A stretch of DNA of 64,000 bases from Squalus acanthias (taxonomy: Eukaryota): positions 372,001 to 436,000 of the forward strand of contig JASTWF010000343.1 in NCBI GenBank assembly GCA_030390025.1. The letters run 5' to 3'. The translations under genes and the position numbers were made by a program. Below the pieces are notes generated by a model. It was not told the origin of the DNA. It did not search any database and saw only the letters and a program-made list of their open reading frames with translations. Position 1 is the stretch's first letter, and every line of letters begins with the position of its first letter. Below are positions 24,395 through 36,915 of this stretch, in pieces.

Positions 24395-24790
24395 CTGTCA
24401 CTTGTGAACTCACTGGTGAGTCAACTGGCTGGATTCCCGATTAAATCCCTCCCCACGCACAAACCAAGTGAACGGTCTCTCCCCTGTGGGAGTACGTTGC
24501 TGCTGATTCAGCAGATCCCTTGTGCTTTAAAGCTCTTCTCACAGTCAGATCAGTTCAAACAAAAGCAACATACTGCGGATGCTGCAAATCTGAAATCAAA
24601 ACAGAAATTGCTGGAAGTACTCAGCAGGTCAGGCAGCGTCTGTGGAGAGAGAAACCGAGTTAACGTTTCAGGTCGACGACCTTTCATCAGAACATTTAAA
24701 AGGTCTCTTATCAGTATGAACAAGTTCGTGTGAAGTGAGGTTAGTTGAACAAGTGAATCCCTTCCCACACACGGAGCAGGTAAAAGGAAT
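24395..24790 (-). pseudogene. Decayed C2H2 ZNF remnant interrupted by a Penelope-like fragment
   Basis: [34 protein letters not shown] | insertion | CEKSFK. Confidence 0.8.
24556..24693 (-). mobile_element. Penelope-like pLTR fragment (family A) with minimal hammerhead at 24659-24693
   Basis: Minus strand: gtt CTGATGA a aggtc gtc gacct GAAA cgtt aac. Confidence 0.75.
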
Positions 24791-25320
24791 TTTCAGAGGG
24801 TTGAGGGGCTGGAGGAGGTTACAGAGATAGGGAGGGGCGAGGCTATGGAGGGATTTAAAAACAAGGATGAGAATTTTAAAATCGTGGCTGTGGTAAAACA
24901 CCCCAAGGTGCTTCACAGGAGCGATATCAAACACAATGTGACACTGAGCCGCATAAGGGACGGTTAGGACAGATGACCAAAAGCTTGGTCGAAGAGGTAG
25001 GTTTTAAGGAGCGTTTTAAAGGAGGAGAGAGAGAGGCGGAGAGGTTTAGGGAGGGAATTCCGGAGCTTCGGGCCCCAGGCAGCTGAAGGCACGGCCGCCA
25101 ATGGTGGAGCGATTAAAAGCGGGGATGCTCAAGAGGCCAGAATCGGAGCTGCGCAGATATCTCGGAGGGTTGGAGGGCAGAAGAGATTTGGATGAGTTGA
25201 AGTTTCTGGAGGGGGGAAGATGGGAGGCCGGCCAGGAGAGCATTGGAATAGTGGAGTCTGGAGGTGACAGAGCCACAGCTGAGGCTTTCAGCAGGAGATG
25301 GGCTGGAGCAGGAATGACCA
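24790..25320 (-). mobile_element. L2 LINE 3' fragment, internally rearranged
   Basis: SRLHYSNALLAGLP..KLQLIQ and [19 protein letters not shown] are L2 RT C-terminal motifs. Confidence 0.8.
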
Positions 25321-25324
25321 GGGT

Positions 25325-26286
25325 CGATGTTTGGCAGGAAAATTGAGGAGAAGCGAATATAAACTAAATGATACAATTTTAGTGGGGGTGCAGGAACAGA
25401 GAGTCCTGGGAGTGTATGTGAACAAATCTTTGAAGGTGGTCGGACAAGTTGAGAAGGCTGTTAAAGAAGCCGATGAGATCCTAAACATTATAAGTAGAGG
25501 CACAGAGAACAAAAGCAAGGGAGTCAGGCCCAAACCTTTATCAAACACTGGTTCAGCCTCAGCTGGAATATTTTGTTTAATTCTGGGCATCACAATTTAG
25601 GAATGACGTCAAGATCTTCGAGAGGGTGCAGAGGAGATTTACTAGAATGGTTCTAGGGATGAGGGACTTCAGTTATGTGGAGAGACTCGAGAAGGTAAGA
25701 ATTAGGAGCAGGAGTAGGCCGCATGGTCCCTTGAGCCTGTTCCGCCTTTCGGTAAGATCATGGTTGATGTTGGACCTCAACTCCACTTTCCCGCCCGATC
25801 TCCAGATCCCTTGATTCCCCGAGAGCCCAAAAATCTCTCGATCTCAGCCTTGAATCTACTCATTGAGAAGCTGGGGTTGTTCTCCTTAGAGCAGAGAAGG
25901 TTCAGGGGAGATTTAATAGAGGTGTTCAAAATCATGGAGGGTTTTGATACAGTAAATAAGAAGAAACTGTTTCCAGTGGCAGAAAGGTCGGTAACCAAAG
26001 GACACAGATTTAATGTGATTGGTAAAAGAATCCGAGGCGACATGAGGAGAATTTTTTTATGCAGCGAGTTGTGATCTGGAAAGCACTGCCTGAAAGGGCG
26101 GTGGAAGCAGCTTCAATAATAACATTCAAAAGAGCGTTGGATAAATACTTGAAGGGAAAATATTTCCAGGGCTCTGGGGAAAGAGCAGGGGTGTGGAACT
26201 AATTGGAGAGCTCGATCAAAGAGCTGGCACAGGCAGGACGGGCCGAGTTACCTCCTTCTGTGCTGTGTCATTCTCTGATTCTATGA
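25325..26286 (+). mobile_element. CR1 3' portion with a nested antisense CR1 tail (25695-25864, TSD gagaag)
   Basis: ORFs 25298-26074 are RT C-terminal. gagaag occurs at 25689-25694 and 25865-25870. Confidence 0.85.
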
Positions 26287-26334
26287 CGTGTCAGGTTCAT
26301 GCGATTTAAGGAGCATCACAGGGTTTGTGTAAGA

Positions 26335-26650
26335 ATTATCTCGTTTGGAGCCAACATGTCCAGGTTATGTAAATTGGGCATGTTCACACTGGAAAAGAGT
26401 TCGAGAGGTGATATGATTGCTGTTTTTAGGATTGTAAAGGGACCAGATAATGTCGAGCACCACAATGTATTTCATCTTGTCCAGACAGTAGAACCAGAGG
26501 ACACGGCCTGTGCTTGAAGGGGGTCAATTCAAACCCAATCTGCTGAAAGAGTATTTCAGTGAGTGAGTGGTCAATCTAGGACAGGCTGCCTAGGGAGACA
26601 GTGGAAGCATTTACTGTTGATTCATTCAAATGCAAATTAAATAGACATCA
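26335..26650 (+). mobile_element. Old CR1 3' fragment
   Basis: RLCKLGMFTLEK..RGDMIAVFRIVKG. Confidence 0.65.
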
Positions 26651-27176
26651 TTCCTAGTATAACACTTGGGCGCACAGTGTGTGAGTAATTAGAGACATGA
26701 CATGGGGTAAGTGCAGCGTGCTCGGGAGGAACAGGTGACTGTAGTCCTATGGTTCCTAAAGCTCTCCACCACTGGGGTTTTCCTCGCCTCATGTCTGGGT
26801 CTGTTGTAGACTCACTGATAGAGATTGATCGCTGTGATTAGGCAACAACTACATTATCATTGTATCATGGGACTACCAGGATGGTAGAAGACAATCAGAT
26901 GAGAACTGAAATAATCCAGAGTAAGAAAGGAGAAACGGCCCAAAAATGGAAGAGTCATTAATTAGTGTCCTCTTATCATGGAGACATCACGGACTCGACA
27001 CAAAGTGTGCTTGAAACAAATCGGTTTTATTCAACATTTAACCAGAATATTAAACTCCAGCCCAGTTACAGAGATTATTAAGATCAGCAGAAACAAACCC
27101 CACCTGTCAGAATGAACATGGTTCAGTCCTGGATGTAATTAACAGCATCAGTAACATCAGAATCCAACCCCTGCAG

Positions 27177-27683
27177 TCACTTGTGAACTCGCTGGTGTCT
27201 CAGCAGGTGGGATGATCGAGTGAATGTCATCCCACACACAGAGCAAGTAAACGGCCTCTCCCCGGTGTGAACTCGCTGGTGTCTCAGCAGGGTGGATGAA
27301 TGAGTGAATCCCTTCCCACACTCAGAGCAAGTGAATGGCTTCTCCCCAGTGTGAACTCGCTGGTGCTGCAGCAGGTGGGATGACTGAATGAATCCCTTCC
27401 CACACTCGGAGCAGGTGAACGGCCTCTCCCCGGTGTGAACTCGCTGGTGTGTCAGCAGGTTGAATGACTCAGTGAATCCCTTCCCACACATGGAGCAGGT
27501 GAACGGCCTCTCCCCGATGTGAACTCGCTGGTGCTGCAGCAGGTGGGATGACCGAGTGAATCCCTTCCCACACTCAGAGCAGGTGAACGGTCTCTCCCCA
27601 GTGTGACTGCGCCGATGGGTTTCCAGCTGGGATGGGTAATTGAATCCCTTCCCACAGTCCCCACATTGCCACGGTTTCTCCGT
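27177..27683 (-). CDS. C2H2 ZNF, 6 fingers, subfamily B (ZNF-3); opens from ACG, first ATG in finger 3; may be a pseudogene
   Basis: Frame open from ACG GAG AAA CCG TGG (27683) to HQRVHK*. Upstream fingers carry a stop, a frameshift and a ~145-bp deletion. Confidence 0.55.
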   Translation of the reverse strand, partial: TEKPWQCGDCGKGFNYPSQLETHRRSHTGERPFTCSECGKGFTRSSHLLQHQRVHIGERPFTCSMCGKGFTESFNLLTHQRVHTGERPFTCSECGKGFIQSSHLLQHQRVHTGEKPFTCSECGKGFTHSSTLLRHQRVHTGERPFTCSVCGMTFTRSSHLLRHQRVHK

Positions 27684-28009
27684 TTTGCGGGTGTCCTTGT
27701 GTCTCTCCAGATTGAATGAACAGTTGAAGCCTCGTCACACACAGAACACGTGTACGGTTTCTCCCCGCTGTGAATGCTGCGATGTGTTTTCAGGCTGTGT
27801 AACTGGTTAAAGCTCTCTCCAGTCAGTGCACTGGAACACTCTTGACGTGATGTTTACTTTGAATTTCCCGTCTGCAAATCCTCTCCTTCTAATACCCTGT
27901 AAAAGGAGTTTACAAAACTCATGACTGTAAATACAGGATAGAAATTCAGAACAGACAATTCCAGTGTTTATGGAACATTCTTTCCTCTCTTGTTCCCACA
28001 AACATGTGG

Positions 28010-28520
28010 TCCAATCAAACTAAAAGAAGACAAAATAAGCAACAAAGTCCCAACAAAGCAGAGGGAACCTTCCCAACTGAACCAGAATGTTGTTCCCAGT
28101 GTCTGTGAGACACTCTGTACCCTGAGGTGCCCACCGGTCACGGAAGGTATCAAGCGTACCGGTGGACACTGCATGCTCCCTCTCCAGGACCACCCGGGCT
28201 CGGACAAGACTGCGGGAGAGAGGCAGGCAGCCAGAGTGACCCCCCATGGGCCTCGTCCATCCTGGACCTACAAATTGCTGTTTTAGCCGGGCCCAAGAGC
28301 AGGTCCAGGAGAAGATCTTCCGACTTACCCACCCCCCTCCGCACCGAGCGGCCAAAGATTAGGAGCGTGGGGCTAAAGTCTGAGCAAAAGTTGAGGAGCT
28401 GCCCCTTCAGGTAACTCTCCAGGGGCTGCAGCCTCTCACACTGAATATATACCTGGCCCATGGACTCCTCGAGACCACAAACATCACATGCGGCCTGGGA
28501 GTGGGTGAAGGTGCTGAAAA
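28010..28520 (-). mobile_element. Tx1-clade (L1 group) ORF2 C-terminal fragment
   Basis: CDVCGLEES..VY..CERLQPL..FSPTLLIFG..LLLGPAKTAI.RSR (zinc-knuckle region), followed by a T-rich 3' UTR. Confidence 0.7.
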
Positions 28521-28554
28521 AGCTGTTGCCCAGGATGATCCATCTCCCGGGCAC

Positions 28555-28945
28555 AGGGACCCTGAAGCCCCGCCCACTCACTGCTCCTGTACCAAGATGG
28601 CCGCGCATGTGCCGCGATCCCCCCTTACCAAGATGGCGACCAGTGACACCGCGGGCAAACACGGGGCCTGTGGGCTCTTTCTCGGGGCCCGAAGCCTACC
28701 ACAGGTGTTGATGGAGCTTTCCTGCCCACTCGCGGATCCAATTCCTCGCCCGCGCCCACAATCTCCTACCACCGCCCGAGCCGCCGACCCCGCTTCAATC
28801 CGTCTCCAGCACTCCCACTGCGCATGCTCAGAGCACCGCCCGGTTCCCGCGCCTGCGCACTGGTCTCCTGTGGCCATTGATAGGGCACTTTCTGCCCCGC
28901 GGAGCGTTCTGGGTAAACACAGCGTCATTGAAAACCCCAATCGTG
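28555..28945 (-). promoter_or_regulatory. Promoter cassette P1 (diverged copy)
   Basis: gggaccctgaagccccgccc, two caagatggc, and gcgcctgcgcactgg. Confidence 0.6.
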
Positions 28946-29129
28946 AACAGAAATAAAATAGTGAGCCCATCGAGATTCCGGCGGGGGGGTGGGGGGGGGG
29001 GCGCAATGAATAAATTTAATAATTAAATTATTTAAAGAATTTAACAGTGCCCGGACCTGCAGTATATACAATCTGCAAGATGGCCAAAATCAGGCCGTTT
29101 GCCAGTGAGCAGAATGGATGGAAATTCCG

Positions 29130-29690
29130 CCACAAAACAGAAGTCAGCGGGTGGGTGAGACGGGACGTTTCTCGGACTGGCAGCAAGTGAGAAGTGGTGT
29201 CCTGCAGGGATCTGTGCTGGGACCACTTTTGTTCACCATAATTTGGACTCAGAAATTGGAGGTACATAGAAACAGGAGTAGACCTGTTCCACCATTCAAT
29301 TAGATCATGGCTGATCTGCATCTTAACTTCTTCTACTCGCTTTGGTAAACCCTTAATACCCTAACCTGACAAATATCCATCTCTCTCAGTTAATAGTCCC
29401 TCCAGCCCCAATCTCAATGGGGTATTGTCGCAATTTGTGTGCTGTAGCTAATAATGTGGACGACTGCACCAAAATACAGGAAAACATAAACAGACTTGCA
29501 AACTGGGCAGATAAATGGGAAATTAATTTCAATATAGTGAAATGTGAAATGTTTCATTTTGGTAGGAGGAATACGGAGGCCAGATATTGCTTAGAAGGTA
29601 AGAAACTAAATAGGGTAGAGGAGCAAAGTGATCTGGTAATACAGACACATAAATCATTAACATTAGTTGTAATATAAACAGAGACATGGA
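29130..29690 (+). mobile_element. Decayed CR1 RT fragment with a short antisense CR1 tail inside
   Basis: SGVLQGSVLGPLLF; WADKWEINFNIVKC. Confidence 0.75.
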
Positions 29691-30120
29691 ATATAGAGCT
29701 GGGGTATTGGGCCGTGATGTGTTCACTTGTTCATCTTGTTGATTCTAAATCTTTGCCAATTATTTGATGTGATCTATTTACTTGTACGTATTTTTAAAAA
29801 ATATACTTGCTGAGTGGATTCAAATTTAAACTGAAAGCAGGTTTGCAGGCGTGATGCTCTATTCACACATCGAAGGTGAGAGAGATGCTGTGGGACACAG
29901 GCTAAGTCCAGTAGCTGAAAGTGATTAACAGACTGGGTTTTGTGTTTAGTGATCCCGGGTGTGTTACCGAGACCTTCCCTGGATACCAGTAAGGGGAACT
30001 GGGACTTGTCCATGAGAATAACCGACGGTACGAGAACTGAAACAATCTCGAGGTAGAAAGGAGAAAAGGCCCAAAAATGGAGCAGTCGGCAACAGGACAT
30101 CAATTAGTCTCCTCTTATCA

Positions 30121-30527
30121 AAGAACATAAGAAATAGGAGCAGGAGTAGGTCATATGACCCTTAGAGCCTGGCCCGCCAATCAGTAAGATCATGGCTGAT
30201 CTTCTACCTCAACTCCACTTTCCTGCACCAACACCATATCCCTTGATTCCCTTACTATTCAAAAATCTATCGATCTCTATCTTGAATATACTCAAAGACC
30301 GAGCCTCCACAGCCCTCTGGGATAGATAATTCCAAAGATTCATCACCCTCCGAGTGAAGAAATTTCTCCTCATCTCAGTCCTAAATGGCCAAACCCTTAT
30401 TCTGAGACTGTGACCCCAGGTTCTAGACTCTCAGCCAGGGGAAACATCCTCTCTGCATCTACCCTGTCAAGTCCTGTAAGAATTTTGTAAATTTCAATAA
30501 GATCAACTCTCATTCTTCTAAACTCTA
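30121..30527 (-). mobile_element. CR1 3' end inserted in the 3' flank of ZNF-4
   Basis: Absent from the collinear paralog at 45810-45840; starts at the agaacataagaaatagg tail. Confidence 0.88.
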
Positions 30528-30691
30528 ATCTCAGAGACATCAAATATCGACACACTGTGTTATTATAAATATCAAAATATTACACTCCAGCCCAGTTATC
30601 ACCAGAAACAACCCCCAAATGTCACAATGAACATGGTTCAGTCCTGGATGTGATTAACAGCAGGAATAACAGCAGAATCCAACCCCTGCAG

Positions 30692-31282
<591 letters not shown>

Positions 31283-31864
31283 GGTACGGGTGTCCCTGTG
31301 TCTCTCCAGGTTGGACGATCAGTTGAAGCCTCGTCACACACACAACACGTGTACGGTTTCTCCCCGCTGTGAATGGTGCGATGTTTCTTCAGGCTGTGTA
31401 ACTGGTTAAGGCTCTTTCCACAGTCAGTGCACTGGAATACTCTCACTCGAGGGTGTGTGTCTCGGTGCTTTTCCAGTCACACTGATGTTTGAAATCTTTT
31501 CCCACAGACAGAACAGACAAACATTTTTCCTTCCACATTCAAAGGCCGATGATATTCAGGTCCTGAGGAATGGAGTGACTCTGTCAGATCTTGACGTGAT
31601 TTTGGTTTAAGTTTCCTGTCTGCAAATCCTCCCCTTCTAATACCCTGTAAAAAGAGGTTACAAAACTCATCACTGTAAATACAGGATAGAAATTCAGAAC
31701 AGACAATTCTAGTTTCTGTGGAACATTCTTTCCTCTCTTGTTCCCCAAAGCTGTAAATCCCCGTCCCACACACTCTCCCTCCTCCCTGTGCTGACATCCA
31801 AACCAATCGCACTTACTTCAAACTTTTTTCCCCTATTCCCAGTTTTTTGAGTGCCACAACTCTG

Positions 31865-32500
31865 CGTTCAGTTCGACACCAACTGGTTCCTTCTCTCCCT
31901 CTCCTGCCCTGAAGGTGATTCCTCTGACTGGTTTCATTCCTGCACTAACTTGTTCTGTGTCTCCGCTGAAGGTGCTGACTCTGGCTGGGTTCAGTTCGAC
32001 ACTCATTGGTTCCTTCTCTCCCTCTCCTGCCCTGAAGGTGATTCCTCTGACTGGTTTCATTCCTGCACTAATTTGTTCTGTGTCTCCGCTGAAGGTGCTG
32101 ACTCTGTCTGGGTTCAGTTCGACACTCATTGGTTCCTTCTCTCCCTCTCCTGCCCTGAAGGTGATTCCTCTGACTGGTTTCATTCCTGCACTAACTTGTT
32201 CTGTGTCTCCGCTGAAGGTGCTGACTCTGGCTGGGTTCAGTTGTGCAATAACTGGTTCCTTCTCTTCCTCTCCTGCCCTGAAGGTGTTGACTCTTGGCTG
32301 GGTTTATTTCTGCATGAACTGTTTCCTCTCCCTCCTTTGAAGGTGCTGACTCTGGCTGGGTTCAGTTGTGCAATAACTGGTTCCTTCTCTTCCTCTCCTG
32401 CCCTGAAGGTGTTGACTCTTGGCTTGGTTTATTTCTGCATGAACTGCTTCCTCTCCCTCCTTTGAAGGTACTGACTCTGGCTGAGTTCAGTTCTACAATC
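31865..32500. repeat. Higher-order repeats of the 63-bp family: 123-bp dimer x3, 125-bp dimer x2
   Basis: tgaaggtgatt at 31910, 32033 and 32156; second dimer starts at 32213, 32338 and 32463. Each dimer is single at 38760-39020. Confidence 0.85.
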
Positions 32501-32512
32501 GCTGGGCTCTCC

Positions 32513-32608
32513 TGTAGAAGAGGTAAGGTCAGTGACGGTCTGAGAATTGATGGTGTGGTGTTCAGTAGTGGGGTCATGGTCCAGGGGAGGCAGGAGGAGT
32601 TGTGTCTC
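32513..32608 (-). mobile_element. Penelope-like RT-region fragment (second copy 39033-39129)
   Basis: Translates LDHDPTTEHHTINSQTVTDLTSS, resembling the D..Y..L..DPT motif N-terminal to the RT core of Penelope-like elements. Confidence 0.55.
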
Positions 32609-32759
32609 TTCAAAGAAAAGGTTAATCATAGTAACAACCGTGTTTTGCCAAACCGACTTGAGGTGATCAGCTGAAGAAAATAATATAACAATGCATTGTC
32701 TTTACATTGTCATTGTGTTGACTTTTAGCCTGTGTGTTAAATCGGTAAGTATGATTCTT

Positions 32760-34048
32760 TACAGACCCACCCAAACCCATCTCCATTTCTCCTTATTTAC
32801 GGACGCTCTCTGACCAGTCTGCATTTCTCCTCCACTTACAGACACTCCCTGACCAGTCTCCATTTCTCCTCCATTTACAGATGCTCCCTGACCAGTCACC
32901 ATTTCTCCTCCATTTACAGATGCTCCCTGACCACTCTCCATTTACAAATGCTCCCTGACCACTCTCCATTTCTCCTCCAATTACAGACGCTCCCTGACCA
33001 CTCTCCATTTTTCCTCCATTTACAGGCGCTCCCTGACTAGTCTCCGTTTCTCCTCCATTTACAGATGCTCCCTGACTAGTCTCCATTTCTCCTCCATTTA
33101 CAGACGCTCCCTGACCAGTCACCATTCCTCCTCCATTTACAGACGCTCCCTGACCAATCCCCATTCCTCCTCCATTTAAAGACGCTCCCTGACCAATTAC
33201 CATTCTCCTCCATTTACAGACACTCCCTGACTAGTCTCCATTTCTCGTCATTTTCTGTCGCTCCCTGACCAGTTACCATTCTCCTCCATTTACAGACGCT
33301 CCCTGACCAGTCACCATTTCTCCTCCATTTACAGATGCTCCCTGAACACTCTCCATTTTTCCTCCATTTACAGACGCTCCCTGACCACTCTCCATTTCTC
33401 CTCCATTTCCAGATGCTCCCTGACCAGTCTCCATTTCTCCTCCATTTACAGATGCTCCCTGACCAGTCTCCATTTCTCCTCCATTTACAGACGCTCCCTA
33501 ACTAGTCTCCATTTCTCCTCATTTACAGAAACTCCCTGAGCAGTCTCCCTTTCTCCTCATTTGCAGACGCTCCCTGACCACTCTCAGTTTCTCCTCATTT
33601 ACAGACGCTCCCTGACCAGCCTCCATTTCTCCTCCATTTACAGACTCTCCCTGACTAGTCCCCATTTCTCCTCCATTTACAGACGCTCCCTGACCACTCT
33701 CCATTTCTCCTCCATATACAGACGCTCCCTGACCAGTCTCCATTTCTCCTCCATTTACAGACTCTCCCTGACCAGTCTCCATTTCTCCTCCATTTACAGA
33801 CGCTCCCTGACCAGTTACCATTCCTCCTCCATTTACAGACGCTCCCTGACCAGTCCCTATTCCTCCTCCATTTACAGACGCTCCCTGACCAGTCCCCATT
33901 CCTCCTCCATTTACAGACGCTCGCTGACCAGTCCCCATTCCTCCTCCATTTACAGACGCTCCCTGATCAGTCTCTATTTTTCCTCCATTTACAGACGCTC
34001 CCTGACCAGTCTCCTTTTGTCCTCCATTTACAGACGCTCCCTGACTCG
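32760..34048. repeat. 39-bp minisatellite, ~33 units
   Basis: Unit ccatttacagacgctccctgaccagtctccatttctcct. Confidence 0.95.
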
Positions 34049-34049
34049 C

Positions 34050-34480
34050 TGGGGATTTCCCAGCGCTTCCTGGTTGTCCCGGAGTTTGTGTCTTAAACTG
34101 GCGGGTAGTTGTGGGGAGGCGGATAATGTTGAGTGTTTTCTCCGGGCCGGGTCTGGGGCCGCACTCGGGGTGTGAGCAGACTGGGTCCCCCCGGGGTTTA
34201 TTAACCCGCTCCCTGAGCTCTCTCACCTGATGTGTCAGCGGCTGCTGCAAAGATTCGCGCATGCTCAGCTCACACTGCCCGGGTGATTGACGGGAGCTCC
34301 GGACCAATAGGAAGAGCGGGGCGGGGCTGGAGGACAGTGCGGGCGGCTGGTCCTCCAACCAATCGGAGTGTGTGAGGGGCGGGGCTTGCGGCATCCAGTG
34401 GGTGGGACTGAGCCCGGATCTCCCTCATTGGCTGAAACTCTGCATCATTTTCAAACCTGATTTCTCTCAAACTCCAGGAG
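34050..34480 (-). promoter_or_regulatory. Promoter cassette P2 (3 CCAAT boxes, GC boxes) with exon-1 donor
   Basis: accaatag, aaccaatcgg, cattggct, ggggcggggc; minus-strand CAG|GTGAGA at 34227/34226. Confidence 0.7.
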
Positions 34481-34539
34481 AAAACTGGACCTTTCTGTTG
34501 TGGCTTTGAACAGATGGAACCCTGTGGGGTGGAGCAAAC

Positions 34540-35770
34540 ATTGCAACATTTGGCAGTGAAATGTGAAGAGGACGGTGAATGACTTCAGTGTGAATACATG
34601 GGTTAGTAGATTAAACAGGTCGATGTCAGATGAAATTTAACATAGAGATATGTGAAGTGATACATTTTGGGAGGAAGAATGAGAGGAAACGTACATTGAA
34701 TTGAAACATACAAGATTCTGAAGGGGATTGACAGGGTCGATGCTGAGAGGTTGTTTCCCCTGGCTGGAGTGTCTAGAACTAGGGGGCATAGTCTCAGGAT
34801 AAGGGGTCGGCCATTTAACACTGAGATGAGGAGGAATTTCTTCACTCAGAGGGTTGTGAATCTTTGGAATTCTCTGCCCCAGAGGGCTGTGAATGCTGAG
34901 TCTTTGAGTATATTCAAGGCTGAGAGAGATAGATTTTTGGACTCTAGGGGAATCAAGGGATATGGAGATCGGGCGGGAAAGTGGAGTTGAGGTCGATGAT
35001 CAGCCGTGATCTTATTAAATGGCGGAGCAGGCTCGAGGGGCCGTGTGACCTACTCCTGCTCTTATTTCTTATCTTCTTTTCAGGTACAGAAATCTTTAAA
35101 TGTGAGAGGACAAGTTGATGAAGCTGTTTTAGAAATGGTATAGTAGGCTTTAATAAATAGGGGTGTAGAGTACAAAACCATTGGTTCGGCTGCAGTTAGA
35201 ATATTGTGTCAGGTTTTGGGGCATCTTACACTAGGAAGGATGTCAAGGCCATGGAGAGGGGGCAGAGATTCACTGAGATGATACCAGGGAAAAGAGCCTT
35301 TAGTTATCAGGAGAGATTCGAGAAACTGGGGCTCTTTTCATTCGAACAAAGCAGGGTGAGAGCAGATCTGAGGGATGTGTTTAAAATCTGATCAGGAAGA
35401 TCAGGAGAAACTATTTCACTGGTCGTGAGTCAGTAACTAGAGGGAATCCGTTTCAGATTATCACCGGAAGAATGAAGGAGGTTTGGAGGATTTGTTTACG
35501 CAGAGGGTTAGGACGTGGAATGTCCGACCAGAAACAGTGGGGGGAGAGGGAAGAGAAACATTTCAAAGGGCCGGGAATGGGATTAAGCAGATAGCTCTTT
35601 CAGGAATCAAAACAGAAAAGCTGGAAATACACAGAGGTCAGTCAGTGTCTGTGAGGAGAACAGACAGGCTCTGATGTTCCGGGTCTGTGCTCTTCATCTT
35701 TCAGAGATCCAGTACAGGCACGATGGGCTGAATGGCCTCCTGCTGTCCTGTGTAATTCCATGATTGTAGG
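34540..35770 (+). mobile_element. Old CR1 fragment with a younger CR1 3' end nested at ~34705-35075
   Basis: ORFs 34751-34990 (RRNFFTQRVVNLWNSLP) and 35206-35391. Confidence 0.8.
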
Positions 35771-36469
35771 AGCGAGATGATGGATGAGCCTCCATGTTAT
35801 AGAGATCAGAATTGTGAGATAGTATAAAGTATCTATTTGTATTAAGCTCCTATTTTTACATTAACCTCCACAGTTGAAACCCTGAACCTGGAACTCTGCA
35901 GACGGTTAACAGTACAATTTCTGTACAGAGGTGGTGAGCAGCCAGGCTACACCTTGTTTACATGTCGAGCTTCAGTTGTCTGTAACTAACCAGAATAATA
36001 CATTCTGGGCCTTGCTAACCCTCAACACCAGCCTGTTGGTCTGGGACCACGGACGTCAGATAAGAGATAAATGTTTCGAACTTCTTGATAATGGGGGATG
36101 AAAACTGGTGCAAAGTTCAACAAGACCATGTGAAATATTGAAAGATAGCGAAATGGTGAGGTTGTAAGGTGAGGCTGGGAGATGAAGAAGGGAGTCACCT
36201 GGAGGGTTGAGCTCACTGACTGTAATGTGAGCACCTTGTGCGGCAAAGCACCCTTCGTAATCTCAGCATTGGCTGCGAGTCTGTAATATTTCACTTTTAA
36301 TAAACTGCACGTGTTTGACTCCTTGTCCAAGAACTCATTCTTGGGCAGAAAGGCAGTGTAGTATTATACAAATAGACATTTGTAGTCATGGATACGGGAG
36401 CAGTGCCTGAGACAGCGAAAGGAAGGGGAGAAAATAATCATCGCATTTAGACTCCCACCTGCTCTTCAC

Positions 36470-36610
36470 TGTCTTTATCACTTCACCCGACGAAGGAGCA
36501 GCAACTCCGAAAGCTTGTGATTTCAAATAAAACTGTTGGACTATAACCTGGTGTTGTGCGACTTCCCAATTTTGTCCACCCCAGACCAACACCGGCATCT
36601 CCGCATCATG
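36470..36610 (+). mobile_element. Penelope-like pLTR fragment (family B), hammerhead core with U4>C
   Basis: tcac CCGACGA a ggag cagcaa ctcc GAAA gctt gtga, then aataaa and the ctgttggactataacctgg tail shared with 37380 and 62850. Confidence 0.7.
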
Positions 36611-36915
36611 TTTATTAAATGGAGAAGTGGAGGAGCTCAAATGTCTGAGACTCAGACCCAGGGTGGAAATATCCAGCACACTGTACCAAAATGTGAGGAA
36701 AACTCACCGTCCCTCCGGATCTGTGTCTGGGAAGAAGCTGATGGGTTTTTATCTTGTCATCAAGGGGTATGGGGGGAGAGCGGGAATATGGTATTGAGAT
36801 ACAGGATCAGCCATGATCATATTGAATGGCGGAGCAGGCTCGAAGGGCCGAATGGCCTACTCCTGCTCCTATTTTTCGAGGTTTCTATCTTTGGGTTAAC
36901 TGTTGGATGTCAGTG

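Noticed and set aside
28981..29003. G-run as a functional G-quadruplex
   Set aside because: A simple homopolymer absent from the other P1 copies and prone to sequencing error.
35600..35700. A further family-A hammerhead copy
   Set aside because: Only loosely similar; the GAAAC core and stem II are lost.
36022..36330. 102-aa ORF in unique-looking sequence
   Set aside because: TTG start and no recognisable motif; cannot be supported without a homology search.
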